Under the pieces are notes generated by a model. That model saw nothing but the letters and a program-made list of their open reading frames with translations, was not told the origin of the DNA and ran no database searches. A DNA stretch of 64,000 nucleotides from an uncultured Alphaproteobacteria bacterium. Lineage in GTDB: Bacteria > Pseudomonadota > Alphaproteobacteria > HIMB59 > GCA-002718135. Position 1 is the first letter of the stretch. Each line of letters starts with the position of its first letter. Positions 23,510-32,721 of this stretch are shown one piece after another. The position numbers and the translations under genes are program-made. The stretch spans positions 226,311-290,310 of the forward strand of contig CACNHX010000001.1 in assembly GCA_902620425.1 (NCBI GenBank). The letters are read 5' to 3'.

Positions 23510-23907
23510 TGCCTAAAAAAATTTGTTTTGCTGTATCGACACAAACACAAATTGAAAGTTTAATAGAATTTCGAAAATCAAAGTTTAAAACTTCGATTAT
23601 ATTTATAAAATATTTTTTAATTAGAGGTTTTGGAATAGAGTGGCTTAGAACTTTAATAAACCATATTAAAAATAAATATGAGACACACAATATTAAGTTT
23701 TTTATCGACTCAGGCTATGATCAAGGTCTAAGTATATTATTAACTTACGAAAATATTGATTATTTAAAATTAAAAAATAATAAAATCGTCTTAAATAAAA
23801 TTAATCAAATTGCTAAAAAAAATAAGGTTTTATTAAATCCAAATTTTGATGTAGTAGATCTAACAAAAATTAAAAATATACAAAAAAAATTAAAGATAAA
23901 ATTATGA
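23509..23907 (+). CDS. hypothetical protein (no recognisable family)
   Basis: A 132-codon open frame in DNA where AT-rich stop codons are frequent. Its GTG start overlaps the gap stop by 1 nt, and an ATGA overlap joins it to efp. No competing ORF exists. Confidence 0.5.
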   Translation: MPKKICFAVSTQTQIESLIEFRKSKFKTSIIFIKYFLIRGFGIEWLRTLINHIKNKYETHNIKFFIDSGYDQGLSILLTYENIDYLKLKNNKIVLNKINQIAKKNKVLLNPNFDVVDLTKIKNIQKKLKIKL

Positions 23908-24473
23908 AAATAGATGGAAATGAAATTAAAGTTGGAAATATTTTAGAGATTAATACCAAACTTTGGAAAGTTCTGAAAACCCAACATACTCAACCAGGAA
24001 AGGGTGGTGCCTACTTACAGGCTGAACTTAAAGAAATAAGAGAAGGTACTAAAATGAATAGTAGGTTTAGATCATCAGAAACAGTAGAAAGAGCTATCCT
24101 TGATGAAAAAGAATTTCAATATCTTTATGAAGATAATAATAATTTTATATTCATGGATAAACAAACCTATGAACAAATAGAACTTGGCTCAGACATATTA
24201 ACTGAAGATCAATCAAAATTTTTAGTTGAGAATAGTGATGTTATTATTAATTTCTATAATGAAAAACCAGTTGGAATTGACTTGCCTGATACTGTAGAAT
24301 TATCTGTTGTAGAAACTGAAGGTGTTGTAAAAGGTCAAACAGCTGCTTCATCATATAAACCAGCTACTTTAGAAAAGAATATTAAAACATCTGTACCGCA
24401 ATTTATTGCAGTTAATGATAAAATAGTAATAAGTACAATTGACGGTAGTTATATCGAAAAATCAAAAAATTAA
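23904..24473 (+). CDS. efp: elongation factor P
   Basis: HTQPGKGGAYLQAELKEI and the three-domain length of 189 aa. Confidence 0.95.
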   Translation: MKIDGNEIKVGNILEINTKLWKVLKTQHTQPGKGGAYLQAELKEIREGTKMNSRFRSSETVERAILDEKEFQYLYEDNNNFIFMDKQTYEQIELGSDILTEDQSKFLVENSDVIINFYNEKPVGIDLPDTVELSVVETEGVVKGQTAASSYKPATLEKNIKTSVPQFIAVNDKIVISTIDGSYIEKSKN

Positions 24474-25249
24474 TGCAGCCTGCTGTAATTAATATTTTTG
24501 AAAAGGCAGTAAAAAAAGCTGGTAAAATTTTATTAAGAGATTTTGGAGAATTAGAGAATTTACAGATACAATCTAAATCAGTTGGAGATTTTGTAACAAA
24601 TGCAGATATTAAAGTAGAAAAAACACTTTTAGAAACTCTAAAATATTATTATCCAGATTATAGTTACATAACTGAAGAAACTGGTGAAATAAAGGGTGAT
24701 GAAAACACCATTATTATTGATCCCATTGATGGAACATCTAATTTTATTCATGGAATACCTCATGTTGGAATAATCGTTGCCAAAATGACAAATGATGAAA
24801 TCACAGACGGTGTGATTTATAATCCAATTTTAAACGAATTTTTTTGGAGTTCTAAGGGTAAAGGTTCGTGGTGTAATAATAGTAGACTTAGAGTGTCAAA
24901 CAGGCAAATTTTTTCAGATTGCTTGATCGGCACTGGGCTTCCGTTTGGAGAAAGAATTTATAAAAACTATTTAAGTGAGATTGATGAAATCCTAAAATCA
25001 TCTGCAGGAATAAGAAGACTCGGTTCTGCAGGCCTTGATCTTGCGTATGTTGCCTCTGGTAAATTAGATGGTTTTTGGGAAAAAGATCTAAATTTATGGG
25101 ATGTTTCAACCGGCATTCTTTTAGTTAAAGAAGCTGGGGGGAAAATTTCTAAAATAGATGGAAATGCATGGGAAATAAATTCTCGTGATTTAGTTGCTTC
25201 AAATAATAAAATTCATAATGAATTAGTTAAAAAACTTACTTTACTTTGA
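24473..25249 (+). CDS. suhB: inositol monophosphatase family protein (SuhB-like)
   Basis: IIDPIDGTSNFIHG and the WDVSTGILLVKEAGG motif. Confidence 0.85.
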   Translation: MQPAVINIFEKAVKKAGKILLRDFGELENLQIQSKSVGDFVTNADIKVEKTLLETLKYYYPDYSYITEETGEIKGDENTIIIDPIDGTSNFIHGIPHVGIIVAKMTNDEITDGVIYNPILNEFFWSSKGKGSWCNNSRLRVSNRQIFSDCLIGTGLPFGERIYKNYLSEIDEILKSSAGIRRLGSAGLDLAYVASGKLDGFWEKDLNLWDVSTGILLVKEAGGKISKIDGNAWEINSRDLVASNNKIHNELVKKLTLL

Positions 25250-25273
25250 AATCTATATAAATATAAGACAGGC

Positions 25274-25501
25274 ATGAAAAAAGATATACATCCTAAATAT
25301 CATGAAATAAACGTTGTTATGACTGATGGATCTACTTTTAAGACTAGATCTACTTGGGGCAAAGAAGGCGATACTCTTAAACTAGAAATTGATTCTAAAT
25401 CTCACCCCGCATGGACAGGTGGTAAAGTTGGTCTTAATGAATCTGAAGGGCAGGTAGCTAGATTCCAAAAAAGATTTAAGGGTCTAAAAATTAATAAATA
25501 A
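25274..25501 (+). CDS. rpmE: 50S ribosomal protein L31
   Basis: [10 protein letters not shown] start, 75 aa, HPAWTG motif. Confidence 0.9.
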   Translation: MKKDIHPKYHEINVVMTDGSTFKTRSTWGKEGDTLKLEIDSKSHPAWTGGKVGLNESEGQVARFQKRFKGLKINK

Positions 25502-25690
25502 TTATTTAAAAAACTTTTCAGCATTAAGTTTTAAATTTTCCTTTTTTTTTATCTCATCTTGAACTCTTAGTATTTCAGTTTGAAGTTCAGAAATATAGTT
25601 TTGTAAATCCTCAACACTGAAATCATCCAAATTTAATATTTTAACCGTCTTTTGTTTTTCATCAACTTCAAAAAAATCTGTCATAGTCAT
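25502..25690 (-). CDS. DUF1192-like small coiled-coil protein
   Basis: The pattern LDDFSVEDLQNYISELQTEILRVQDEIKKKENLKLNAEKFF resembles the alphaproteobacterial DUF1192 family. Confidence 0.6.
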   Translation of the reverse strand: MTMTDFFEVDEKQKTVKILNLDDFSVEDLQNYISELQTEILRVQDEIKKKENLKLNAEKFFK

Positions 25691-25734
25691 ATTTTGTTAT
25701 ATATTATTTTTTGATTATATTATATGAGCCAATT

Positions 25735-26277
25735 ATGAAATATCCTTTAATGCCTAAAGCAACAGCGATATGGTTAGTTGAAAATACAGCTTTATCTTTT
25801 GATCAAATAGCTGAATTCTGTGGATTACATGAATTAGAGGTTCAAGGAATAGCTGATGGAGAAGTTGCTGTCGGTATGAGAGGTTATGATCCAATTGATA
25901 ATAATCAATTAACAAAAGAAGAAATTGAAAGATGTGAAAAAGATAATGCAGCTCGTTTGAGTCTTATTAAGTCTGATATAATTGAAGATTTACCACCAAG
26001 AAAAAAAGATTCTAAATATACACCCCTTTCTTTAAGACAAGAAAAACCATATGCTATTTTGTGGCTTATAAAAAGATATCCTACTGAATTAAGTAGTTCT
26101 CAAATTGCAAAACTTACCGGCTCAACCAAAAATACCGTAGAGGCTATAAGAAATGGTACATACAGAGAAGCAGTTCTTGAGGCAAAGAGTCCAATGGATG
26201 TTGGTTTATGTACTTATAAGGATCTCGAAAGGACTTTAAATAGAACTAGAACAAAAAAAGTAGATCAAGAAAATTAA
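25735..26277 (+). CDS. DUF1013-like alphaproteobacterial protein
   Basis: PLMPKATAIWLVENTALSFDQIAEFCGLHELEVQGIADGEVA is typical of DUF1013. I prefer the ATG at 25735 over the TTG at 25711 given in the track. Confidence 0.7.
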   Translation: MKYPLMPKATAIWLVENTALSFDQIAEFCGLHELEVQGIADGEVAVGMRGYDPIDNNQLTKEEIERCEKDNAARLSLIKSDIIEDLPPRKKDSKYTPLSLRQEKPYAILWLIKRYPTELSSSQIAKLTGSTKNTVEAIRNGTYREAVLEAKSPMDVGLCTYKDLERTLNRTRTKKVDQEN

Positions 26278-26786
26278 TCATTTTTTATAACGTAATTTAG
26301 ATAATAGAACATCAAGATCATCCAAAATAATACCATTGAAATAATAAAAATCTGAAAGTTATATATTTTTATAACTCCGATAGGTTCACCAAGATAATAG
26401 GTTAAAGGTCCTAAAACTCCACTTAAAATAATTCCTAAAATTTTATAACTTTTAAAAAAAGTAAGAATTTCATCAAAAAGTGTACTAAAACTAAACCATA
26501 AAACAATCATCCATAATGGCAGAGTACCAATTTTAGCAATAGTTTCAAAATCGTAAATTTGGAAATAAACTAATAAAGTATCAAAAAAATATCCTGGAAC
26601 TGAAATCAAAAGTGAAATCTTAATAAATTTTTGTTTATTATGATTAAAATAAAAATAAGTAAGTAAGAAAATAATTCCAACCCAAATGCCCAACATAGAA
26701 TTAGAAAATTTTGTTTCACCAAATACACAGGCTAACCAAGTTAATTGATAGCCAGTTAAGACTAAAAATACTTTTAGTTTTTGCAT
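26274..26786 (-). CDS. small polytopic membrane protein (possibly DUF2878-like), last gene of the phr-cfa cluster
   Basis: 170 aa with about 5 predicted TM helices. It lies 2 nt downstream of the CFA-synthase gene. Confidence 0.6.
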   Translation of the reverse strand: MQKLKVFLVLTGYQLTWLACVFGETKFSNSMLGIWVGIIFLLTYFYFNHNKQKFIKISLLISVPGYFFDTLLVYFQIYDFETIAKIGTLPLWMIVLWFSFSTLFDEILTFFKSYKILGIILSGVLGPLTYYLGEPIGVIKIYNFQIFIISMVLFWMILMFYYLNYVIKND

Positions 26787-26788
26787 TT

Positions 26789-27982
26789 CTATTTTTGAAT
26801 TAAAAAATGAGAAACATCAGTAGAGTTATTTGAAAAACCTGTTTCACAATATGAAAAATAAAATTCCCACATTCTTTTAAATTTAATATCGAAGCCAAAC
26901 CTTGATAAATCAGTCCAAGATTTTTGAAATTGTTTGTTCCACATTTTTAGTGTTTTTGCGTAAGAACCGCCAAAACTTAATTTTTCAATACATTTTAACC
27001 CAACGTGTCTTGCTGAATATTCAAATTGTTTTTTGGTTGGAAGCATGCCCCCAGGAAAAATATATTGTTGAATAAAATCTGGTCTGTTTTGATAATCTTT
27101 AGCCTTTTGTTCATCAATTGTTATGACTTGTAGTGCAGCCATACCGCCATCGTTGAGAGAATTATGAATTGTATCAAAGTAATTATGCCAGTATTTCTTG
27201 CCAACTGCTTCAAACATTTCAATTGAAACAATATTTGAATATTTTTTTTTGATATCCCTATAATCTCTGAATATAACTGATACTTTTTCAGACAAACCTT
27301 CATTTTGAATTTTTTCAGAAGCATATTCGTATTGTTCCCTAGAAATAGTTATAGCATCAACTGAACAATTATAATTTTTCGCTACAAATGATGAAAACCC
27401 ACCCCATCCACATCCAATTTCTAAAGTTTTAGAATTTGAGTCTAATGATAAAGTTTCAGCAATCTTTCTATATTTGTTAAATTGTGCATCCGATAAATTG
27501 GTATTCTTATTATCAAAAAGAGCAGAAGAATAGGTCATGGTTTTATCTAACCACTTTTCGTAAAAATTATTTCCTAAATCATAATGATATTTAATGTTTT
27601 TTTTACTTTGTGATTTTGAATTGTTATTTAAAAAATGTTTTAATTTCGCAAAAGTAGCAAAAAAAATATTAGTATTTATACTTTGTAAAAAATAACTCTC
27701 ATTTTTGTGAGAAAGTAGTAATAAATTAGTTAAATCGTTGCTTGAAAAGTAACCATTCATATAGGCTTCTGCAAAACCTACAGAACCTTTTTTAAAAATT
27801 AAATTTAGAAAATTATAATTATGAATTTTAATACTTGCAGATATATCCTCTTCTTTTCCGACAAAAACTCTCTCCTCACCAGTAGGAAATTGAACTGTTA
27901 ATTTTCCATATCGAATTTTAGATAAAAAGTTTACTAATAATTTTTCGACAGTTTTATCAAAATTTGTTTTAAAAAAATTCAT
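26789..27982 (-). CDS. cfa: cyclopropane-fatty-acyl-phospholipid synthase family SAM-dependent methyltransferase
   Basis: KIAETLSLDSNSKTLEIGCGWGGF SAM motif I, SIEMFEAVG and YIFPGGMLP are all CFA-synthase family signatures. Confidence 0.85.
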   Translation of the reverse strand: MNFFKTNFDKTVEKLLVNFLSKIRYGKLTVQFPTGEERVFVGKEEDISASIKIHNYNFLNLIFKKGSVGFAEAYMNGYFSSNDLTNLLLLSHKNESYFLQSINTNIFFATFAKLKHFLNNNSKSQSKKNIKYHYDLGNNFYEKWLDKTMTYSSALFDNKNTNLSDAQFNKYRKIAETLSLDSNSKTLEIGCGWGGFSSFVAKNYNCSVDAITISREQYEYASEKIQNEGLSEKVSVIFRDYRDIKKKYSNIVSIEMFEAVGKKYWHNYFDTIHNSLNDGGMAALQVITIDEQKAKDYQNRPDFIQQYIFPGGMLPTKKQFEYSARHVGLKCIEKLSFGGSYAKTLKMWNKQFQKSWTDLSRFGFDIKFKRMWEFYFSYCETGFSNNSTDVSHFLIQK

Positions 27983-28756
27983 TTAAAAATTACCTTCAAA
28001 ACTCACTGTATCATTTGGCTTCTTTTTTCGTGCATAATATTTACCACCTTTGTAAATTATTTTTAAAGCCTCATAAAGAATTCCAACCATTACCTTAAAA
28101 CCAAAAAGTGGATTATAATATAAAAATTTAAACATATTTTTTGAGTTAAAATCTATAAATTTACCATGCTGGGTAGCTGATAGAACTTTTTTATTATTTT
28201 TATCATAAAGATCAATATTAATATTTATTTTATCTTTTTGCATTCGATTAAAAAATTTATAATTTGCCTCCATTTCTATGAATGGGGATACATAAAACTG
28301 CTTTGCACATTCATGAGATAATTTAAAATCTTCAAAATTTACATTTCCTTTAAAAATATAGGTATGTTGTTCATTAGTCGTATTTTTGACTTCATAGAAA
28401 ATAGATATTAATTTTTTATCATCATAACAATATATAATTGATAAGGGATCAAATACATATCCCAAAATTCTTGGAAAACATAATATCATTATATTAAGAT
28501 GTTTATATTTAATATTAAATTTAGAGAGGGAGTCTTTAACGAATGTCTTTATTGACCTTTTGTCTCTATATCCATGATCATTTTCATAAATAGAAAAAAG
28601 ATTAAAAGAGTTTAATGAAAAAAGTTTATAGTTATTACTTAATTGATCCAGATTATCCAAATTAATAAAAAGACTTGGTACCTCATATTTCAATGTGTGT
28701 TTAAATGGAATAAATCTTTTATGTATAATGCTAGATAATAGTATTTGAGAAATCAT
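27983..28756 (-). CDS. DUF1365 family protein
   Basis: HKRFIPFKHTLKYEVPSLFINLDNL N-terminus and YVSPFIEME. It is in the canonical position between the FAD protein and the CFA synthase. Confidence 0.75.
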   Translation of the reverse strand: MISQILLSSIIHKRFIPFKHTLKYEVPSLFINLDNLDQLSNNYKLFSLNSFNLFSIYENDHGYRDKRSIKTFVKDSLSKFNIKYKHLNIMILCFPRILGYVFDPLSIIYCYDDKKLISIFYEVKNTTNEQHTYIFKGNVNFEDFKLSHECAKQFYVSPFIEMEANYKFFNRMQKDKININIDLYDKNNKKVLSATQHGKFIDFNSKNMFKFLYYNPLFGFKVMVGILYEALKIIYKGGKYYARKKKPNDTVSFEGNF

Positions 28757-30048
28757 TTAAAATTAATTTGCAATCTATTATAAAAATTTTTCTCTCTCTT
28801 CCAAGGTAAATCACAATTTAATAATTTACAAATATAAGAAGATGATTGAATGCCGTCTTCATGAAAACCATATCCAAGGTAAGCTCCACAGAAAAATGTA
28901 TTATTCTTTCCTTGAATTTCCATAACATTTTTTTGAGCTAAAATAGTATCAGTAGTATATATTGGATGATTAAATGTTGTTTGGTTAATTATATTTTTAG
29001 GCTTTTTATATGGATTAACAGTTACAAAATAATTTTGTTTAGTTGGTAATTTTTGCAAGAAATTCATCCAATAAGTTAAAGTAAATTTAGAAGATGATGG
29101 CGTATTTAAAAAATTCCAACTTGACCAAGCAATTTTTGATTTAGGCATTAAAGAGTGATCGGAGTGAAGTATTGCTGAGTTAGTTGAATATTTAAATTGT
29201 GAAAATATTTTTACTTCTTCTTCTGTTGGTTTTTCCAAAATATCCAATACTTGATTTGCATGGGTTGCGAATATTACCTTATGAAATTCTAATATATTGT
29301 TTTTCTCATCTTCTATTTTAATTTTATTATTTTCTCTAATAATTTTTTTAATTTTGAAATTTGTTTCATACTCAAAAACATTTTTATTAATAATTTTTTT
29401 TATATATTCGTTACTACCCCCTTCTACATATTTCCATTGAGGTCTTTTTTTTAAATTAAATAAAGCATGATTTTTAAAAAAATTAATGAATGTTATGAGA
29501 GGAAAATTTTTTACATCACTTATATTGCTTGACCATATAGATGATATCATAGGTAAAATATGATAATTTATTAAGTATGTTGAAAAATTATTAGTTTTTA
29601 AAAAGTCATTTAAGGTTTTAGTTTGCTCTAAATCACTAACATTCAAGCTATTACATAATAAATAAAGTTTTCTTATTTCAAATAACATTTTAAAAAAATT
29701 AAAGGAAAACACATTTCTAAAATTCGCAAAAAGAGAAAAGATATTTTTGCCACTATATTCAATTTGAGGATCTTGATTTGAGACAGCAAAAGACATATCT
29801 GAATTTTTGCATTTCACATCAAGTAATTTAAAAAAATTTGTTAAATCTGGATAATTATTTTCATTGAATACAATAAACCCTGTATCGACTGGGATTGTCT
29901 TCGTTGATTCTTCAACATAGATAGTTCTTGTATGTCCGCCCAATCTATTATTTTTTTCAAATAAATAAACATCATATTTAGAAGACAAAAGATAAGCTGC
30001 ACTTATTCCTGAAATACCAGAACCAATAATTGCTATTTTTTCTCTCAC
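28753..30048 (-). CDS. NAD(P)/FAD-binding oxidoreductase (amine-oxidase-like, COG2907 type)
   Basis: KIAIIGSGISGISAAYLL...LFEKNNRLGGHTRT is a dinucleotide-binding fold. Confidence 0.8.
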   Translation of the reverse strand: MREKIAIIGSGISGISAAYLLSSKYDVYLFEKNNRLGGHTRTIYVEESTKTIPVDTGFIVFNENNYPDLTNFFKLLDVKCKNSDMSFAVSNQDPQIEYSGKNIFSLFANFRNVFSFNFFKMLFEIRKLYLLCNSLNVSDLEQTKTLNDFLKTNNFSTYLINYHILPMISSIWSSNISDVKNFPLITFINFFKNHALFNLKKRPQWKYVEGGSNEYIKKIINKNVFEYETNFKIKKIIRENNKIKIEDEKNNILEFHKVIFATHANQVLDILEKPTEEEVKIFSQFKYSTNSAILHSDHSLMPKSKIAWSSWNFLNTPSSSKFTLTYWMNFLQKLPTKQNYFVTVNPYKKPKNIINQTTFNHPIYTTDTILAQKNVMEIQGKNNTFFCGAYLGYGFHEDGIQSSSYICKLLNCDLPWKREKNFYNRLQINFK

Positions 30049-30049
30049 A

Positions 30050-31471
30050 TCAACTGATAGTTTTAAACGCTGATAGTGCTCTATTTCTTGTTTCTTTTAA
30101 ATCTACAATTGGTGCTGGATATGAAGTACCAATCTTGAAATTATATTTCTTTTGATCCTCCATAGTCATCTCCCAAGGATTATGAATATATTTTTTTGGA
30201 ATATTATTCAACTCAGGAACAAATTCTTTTACATAATCACCATCTGGATCAAATTTTTGACCCTGCAATATTGGATTAAAAATTCTAAAATATGGACTTG
30301 CATCAGCACCACAACCAGAGATCCATTGCCAACCTGCAGAATTAGACCCAACGTCAGCATCAACTAAAGTATCAAAAAACCACTCTTCTCCATTTTTCCA
30401 GTGTAACAATAAATTTTTTGTTAGAAACGAGCCTACAATCATTCTTACTCTATTATGCATCCAGCCTGTTTTATATAGTTGTCTCATTCCAGCATCAACA
30501 ATTGGAATACCAGTTTTACCATTATGCCATAATGATAAATTTTTAGCATTTTTAATCCATGGAAATTTATTAAATTTACTTTGTATAGGTTTATGAGTCA
30601 TATCTGGATAGTGAAATAAAAGATTATAAGAAAAATCTCTCCAACCAAGCTCAGCAAGAAATTTTTTTTTATTTTCTGGATCAATTTTTTTTTCAATATT
30701 TACGGTATCATAAACTTCTAAAGCAGATATTTCTCCAAAATGAAGATAAGGTGATAATTTTGAAGTTAAATCTTTATCAGGTCTATCTCTTCCAACTGAA
30801 TAGTTATTTGCTTTTTGCGAAATATATTTTTTTAATTGTAATTTTGCATTACTTTCACCAGGTATCCAATATTTTTCAATTTTCTTGATCCATTGCTCTT
30901 TTTTGTTGGTTAGATTTAAATCTTGTATAGTTATTTCATTTTTAAATTTTGAATTGGCGTAGCTTATTTTTGTATTTTTAAATTTAATATCTTTTAGTTT
31001 TAGTAGTTCATCGCAATATCGCCAGTAAGGAGTAAATACTTTAAAAAAGGTTCCACTTTTATTTTTAATATTCCAAGGTTCATTTAAAAGATATCCATTG
31101 TGCGAGTCGCATTCTATTTTAGATGAAGTAACTATAGATTTAATTTTAGTATCTCTTTTAATTGAATATGGATCATATAGTCTATTCCAGGATACATATT
31201 TAACATTTGAGTTCTTTAGTATTGAAGATATAATTTTCTCTGGATCACCAGCAAATATATTTAGTTTGCCATTATGTTTTTGTATTGAGTCATATAGACT
31301 AATTAAGGATTTTTCTAACCACCATTTGGATGTGGACCCAATTCTTTGATTTAAATCTAAAATATAAATTGGAATTATCTGATCAACTTTTTTTGAAAGT
31401 GATAATAAAGATGGATTTTCTCGTAATCGCAAATCTTGTCTAAACCAATGAATTCCATAAGTGGCTACCAT
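30050..31471 (-). CDS. phrB: deoxyribodipyrimidine photolyase (class I CPD type)
   Basis: WFRQDLRL N-terminus and TGIPIVDAGMRQLYKTGWMHNRVRMIVGSFL...DADVGSNSAGWQW FAD-binding domain. Confidence 0.9.
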   Translation of the reverse strand: MVATYGIHWFRQDLRLRENPSLLSLSKKVDQIIPIYILDLNQRIGSTSKWWLEKSLISLYDSIQKHNGKLNIFAGDPEKIISSILKNSNVKYVSWNRLYDPYSIKRDTKIKSIVTSSKIECDSHNGYLLNEPWNIKNKSGTFFKVFTPYWRYCDELLKLKDIKFKNTKISYANSKFKNEITIQDLNLTNKKEQWIKKIEKYWIPGESNAKLQLKKYISQKANNYSVGRDRPDKDLTSKLSPYLHFGEISALEVYDTVNIEKKIDPENKKKFLAELGWRDFSYNLLFHYPDMTHKPIQSKFNKFPWIKNAKNLSLWHNGKTGIPIVDAGMRQLYKTGWMHNRVRMIVGSFLTKNLLLHWKNGEEWFFDTLVDADVGSNSAGWQWISGCGADASPYFRIFNPILQGQKFDPDGDYVKEFVPELNNIPKKYIHNPWEMTMEDQKKYNFKIGTSYPAPIVDLKETRNRALSAFKTIS

Positions 31472-31517
31472 GAGTTTAAATTATGTTAATTTAGGATAAA
31501 TTAAAGAGGTAAATCTA

Positions 31518-31712
31518 TTATTTACTATGAGGAGGCATTTTTTTCTCTACGAACCAAACGTGTTTTTTTAACACAGGATCATATTTTTTCATTCGAAGCT
31601 TTTCAGCAACTTTCAATCCTTTTGTCGGTTTTCTTACAATATACTTTGTTCCTGTTTTTGGATTTTCTTCAGGAACTAGTTGTTTAAGAGCGAATGAAGT
31701 TTTTTTTGCCAT
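31518..31712 (-). CDS. rpmG: 50S ribosomal protein L33
   Basis: 64 aa; EKLRMKKYDPVLKKHVWFVEKKM matches the conserved L33 C-terminus (KKYDPxxxKHVxFxExK). Confidence 0.8.
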   Translation of the reverse strand: MAKKTSFALKQLVPEENPKTGTKYIVRKPTKGLKVAEKLRMKKYDPVLKKHVWFVEKKMPPHSK

Positions 31713-31753
31713 GAGGTGTCTATACAGAATAATTATATGAAATAAAGTATTAT

Positions 31754-32689
31754 TTATTCATAATCAGAAATTGACTGCTTAATAAAACGGTTAAAATTTC
31801 CTCTTTTTTTATCAAGTTTAATTTGTTTATTTCTTTCAAGTAAGTTTTTTTTCTTTTCTTCAGATGTTTTATCAAAACAATTATGACAAGATACACCTGG
31901 TTTATAATATTTATTATAGGTATCTTTAATACTAATGGGTAACCGACAAGCATGACAAAGTTTGTAAGTTCCATCTTTTAATTCATTTTTCAAAGATACT
32001 CTTCCATCAAATACGAAACATTCACCATTCCACATTGAATCTTTTTTTGGAGTTTTTTCCAAATACTTTAGTATACCTCCATCTAACTGAGCAACATTTT
32101 TGAAACCCTTCATCATCATATATGATGAAGCCTTTTCACACCTGATACCTCCAGTGCAAAACATTGCAATTTTTTTGTCTTTTGACTTATTTAGTTTTTT
32201 TTGAACAAAAGATTTAAAATCAGTGAAACTTTTAGTTTTTGGATTAATTGCCCCTTCAAAAGATCCTATTTTAACCTCAAATTCATTTCTTACATCAATC
32301 ACAATAGTGTCTTTGTCTTTAATTAGTTGATTCCATTCATTGTATTTAACTTTTTTTCCAGATATTTTTGTAGGATCAGCAAATTTGGTTCTGAGTGTGA
32401 CTATTTCATTTTTATTTCTAATTTTTAGTTTTTGAAAAGGCATATATTTATATTTTGATCGTTTAAGATTAAGTTTCTCAAAACTAAAATTTTCAAGATA
32501 TAGAATGAAAGAATTTATGTTTTTATCTAATCCAGCTATTGTTCCATTAATGCCTTCATCAGCAATCAATATTGTACCTTTTATTTTATTAAATTTGCAA
32601 AAATCTTTAAGTTTAGTGATGATATCATTTTTATCTATAATTATTTTGAATTGATAAAAAGTAATTATAGTAAAGTACTTGTTGTTCAT
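31754..32689 (-). CDS. trhO: rhodanese-domain protein of the YceA/TrhO (UPF0176) family
   Basis: YQF...N-terminal domain, rhodanese active-site loop FCTGGIRCEKAS, and a C-terminal Cys cluster (CHACRLP...CHNC). Confidence 0.8.
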   Translation of the reverse strand: MNNKYFTIITFYQFKIIIDKNDIITKLKDFCKFNKIKGTILIADEGINGTIAGLDKNINSFILYLENFSFEKLNLKRSKYKYMPFQKLKIRNKNEIVTLRTKFADPTKISGKKVKYNEWNQLIKDKDTIVIDVRNEFEVKIGSFEGAINPKTKSFTDFKSFVQKKLNKSKDKKIAMFCTGGIRCEKASSYMMMKGFKNVAQLDGGILKYLEKTPKKDSMWNGECFVFDGRVSLKNELKDGTYKLCHACRLPISIKDTYNKYYKPGVSCHNCFDKTSEEKKKNLLERNKQIKLDKKRGNFNRFIKQSISDYE

Positions 32690-32721
32690 TTATCTAATTA
32701 ATATAAAAAACTTTAAAATTT

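Noticed and set aside
31750-31974. A 74-aa minus-strand ORF overlapping the 3' end of trhO in another frame.
   Set aside because: The trhO frame carries the conserved C-terminal Cys cluster. The alternative frame is hydrophobic low-complexity sequence.
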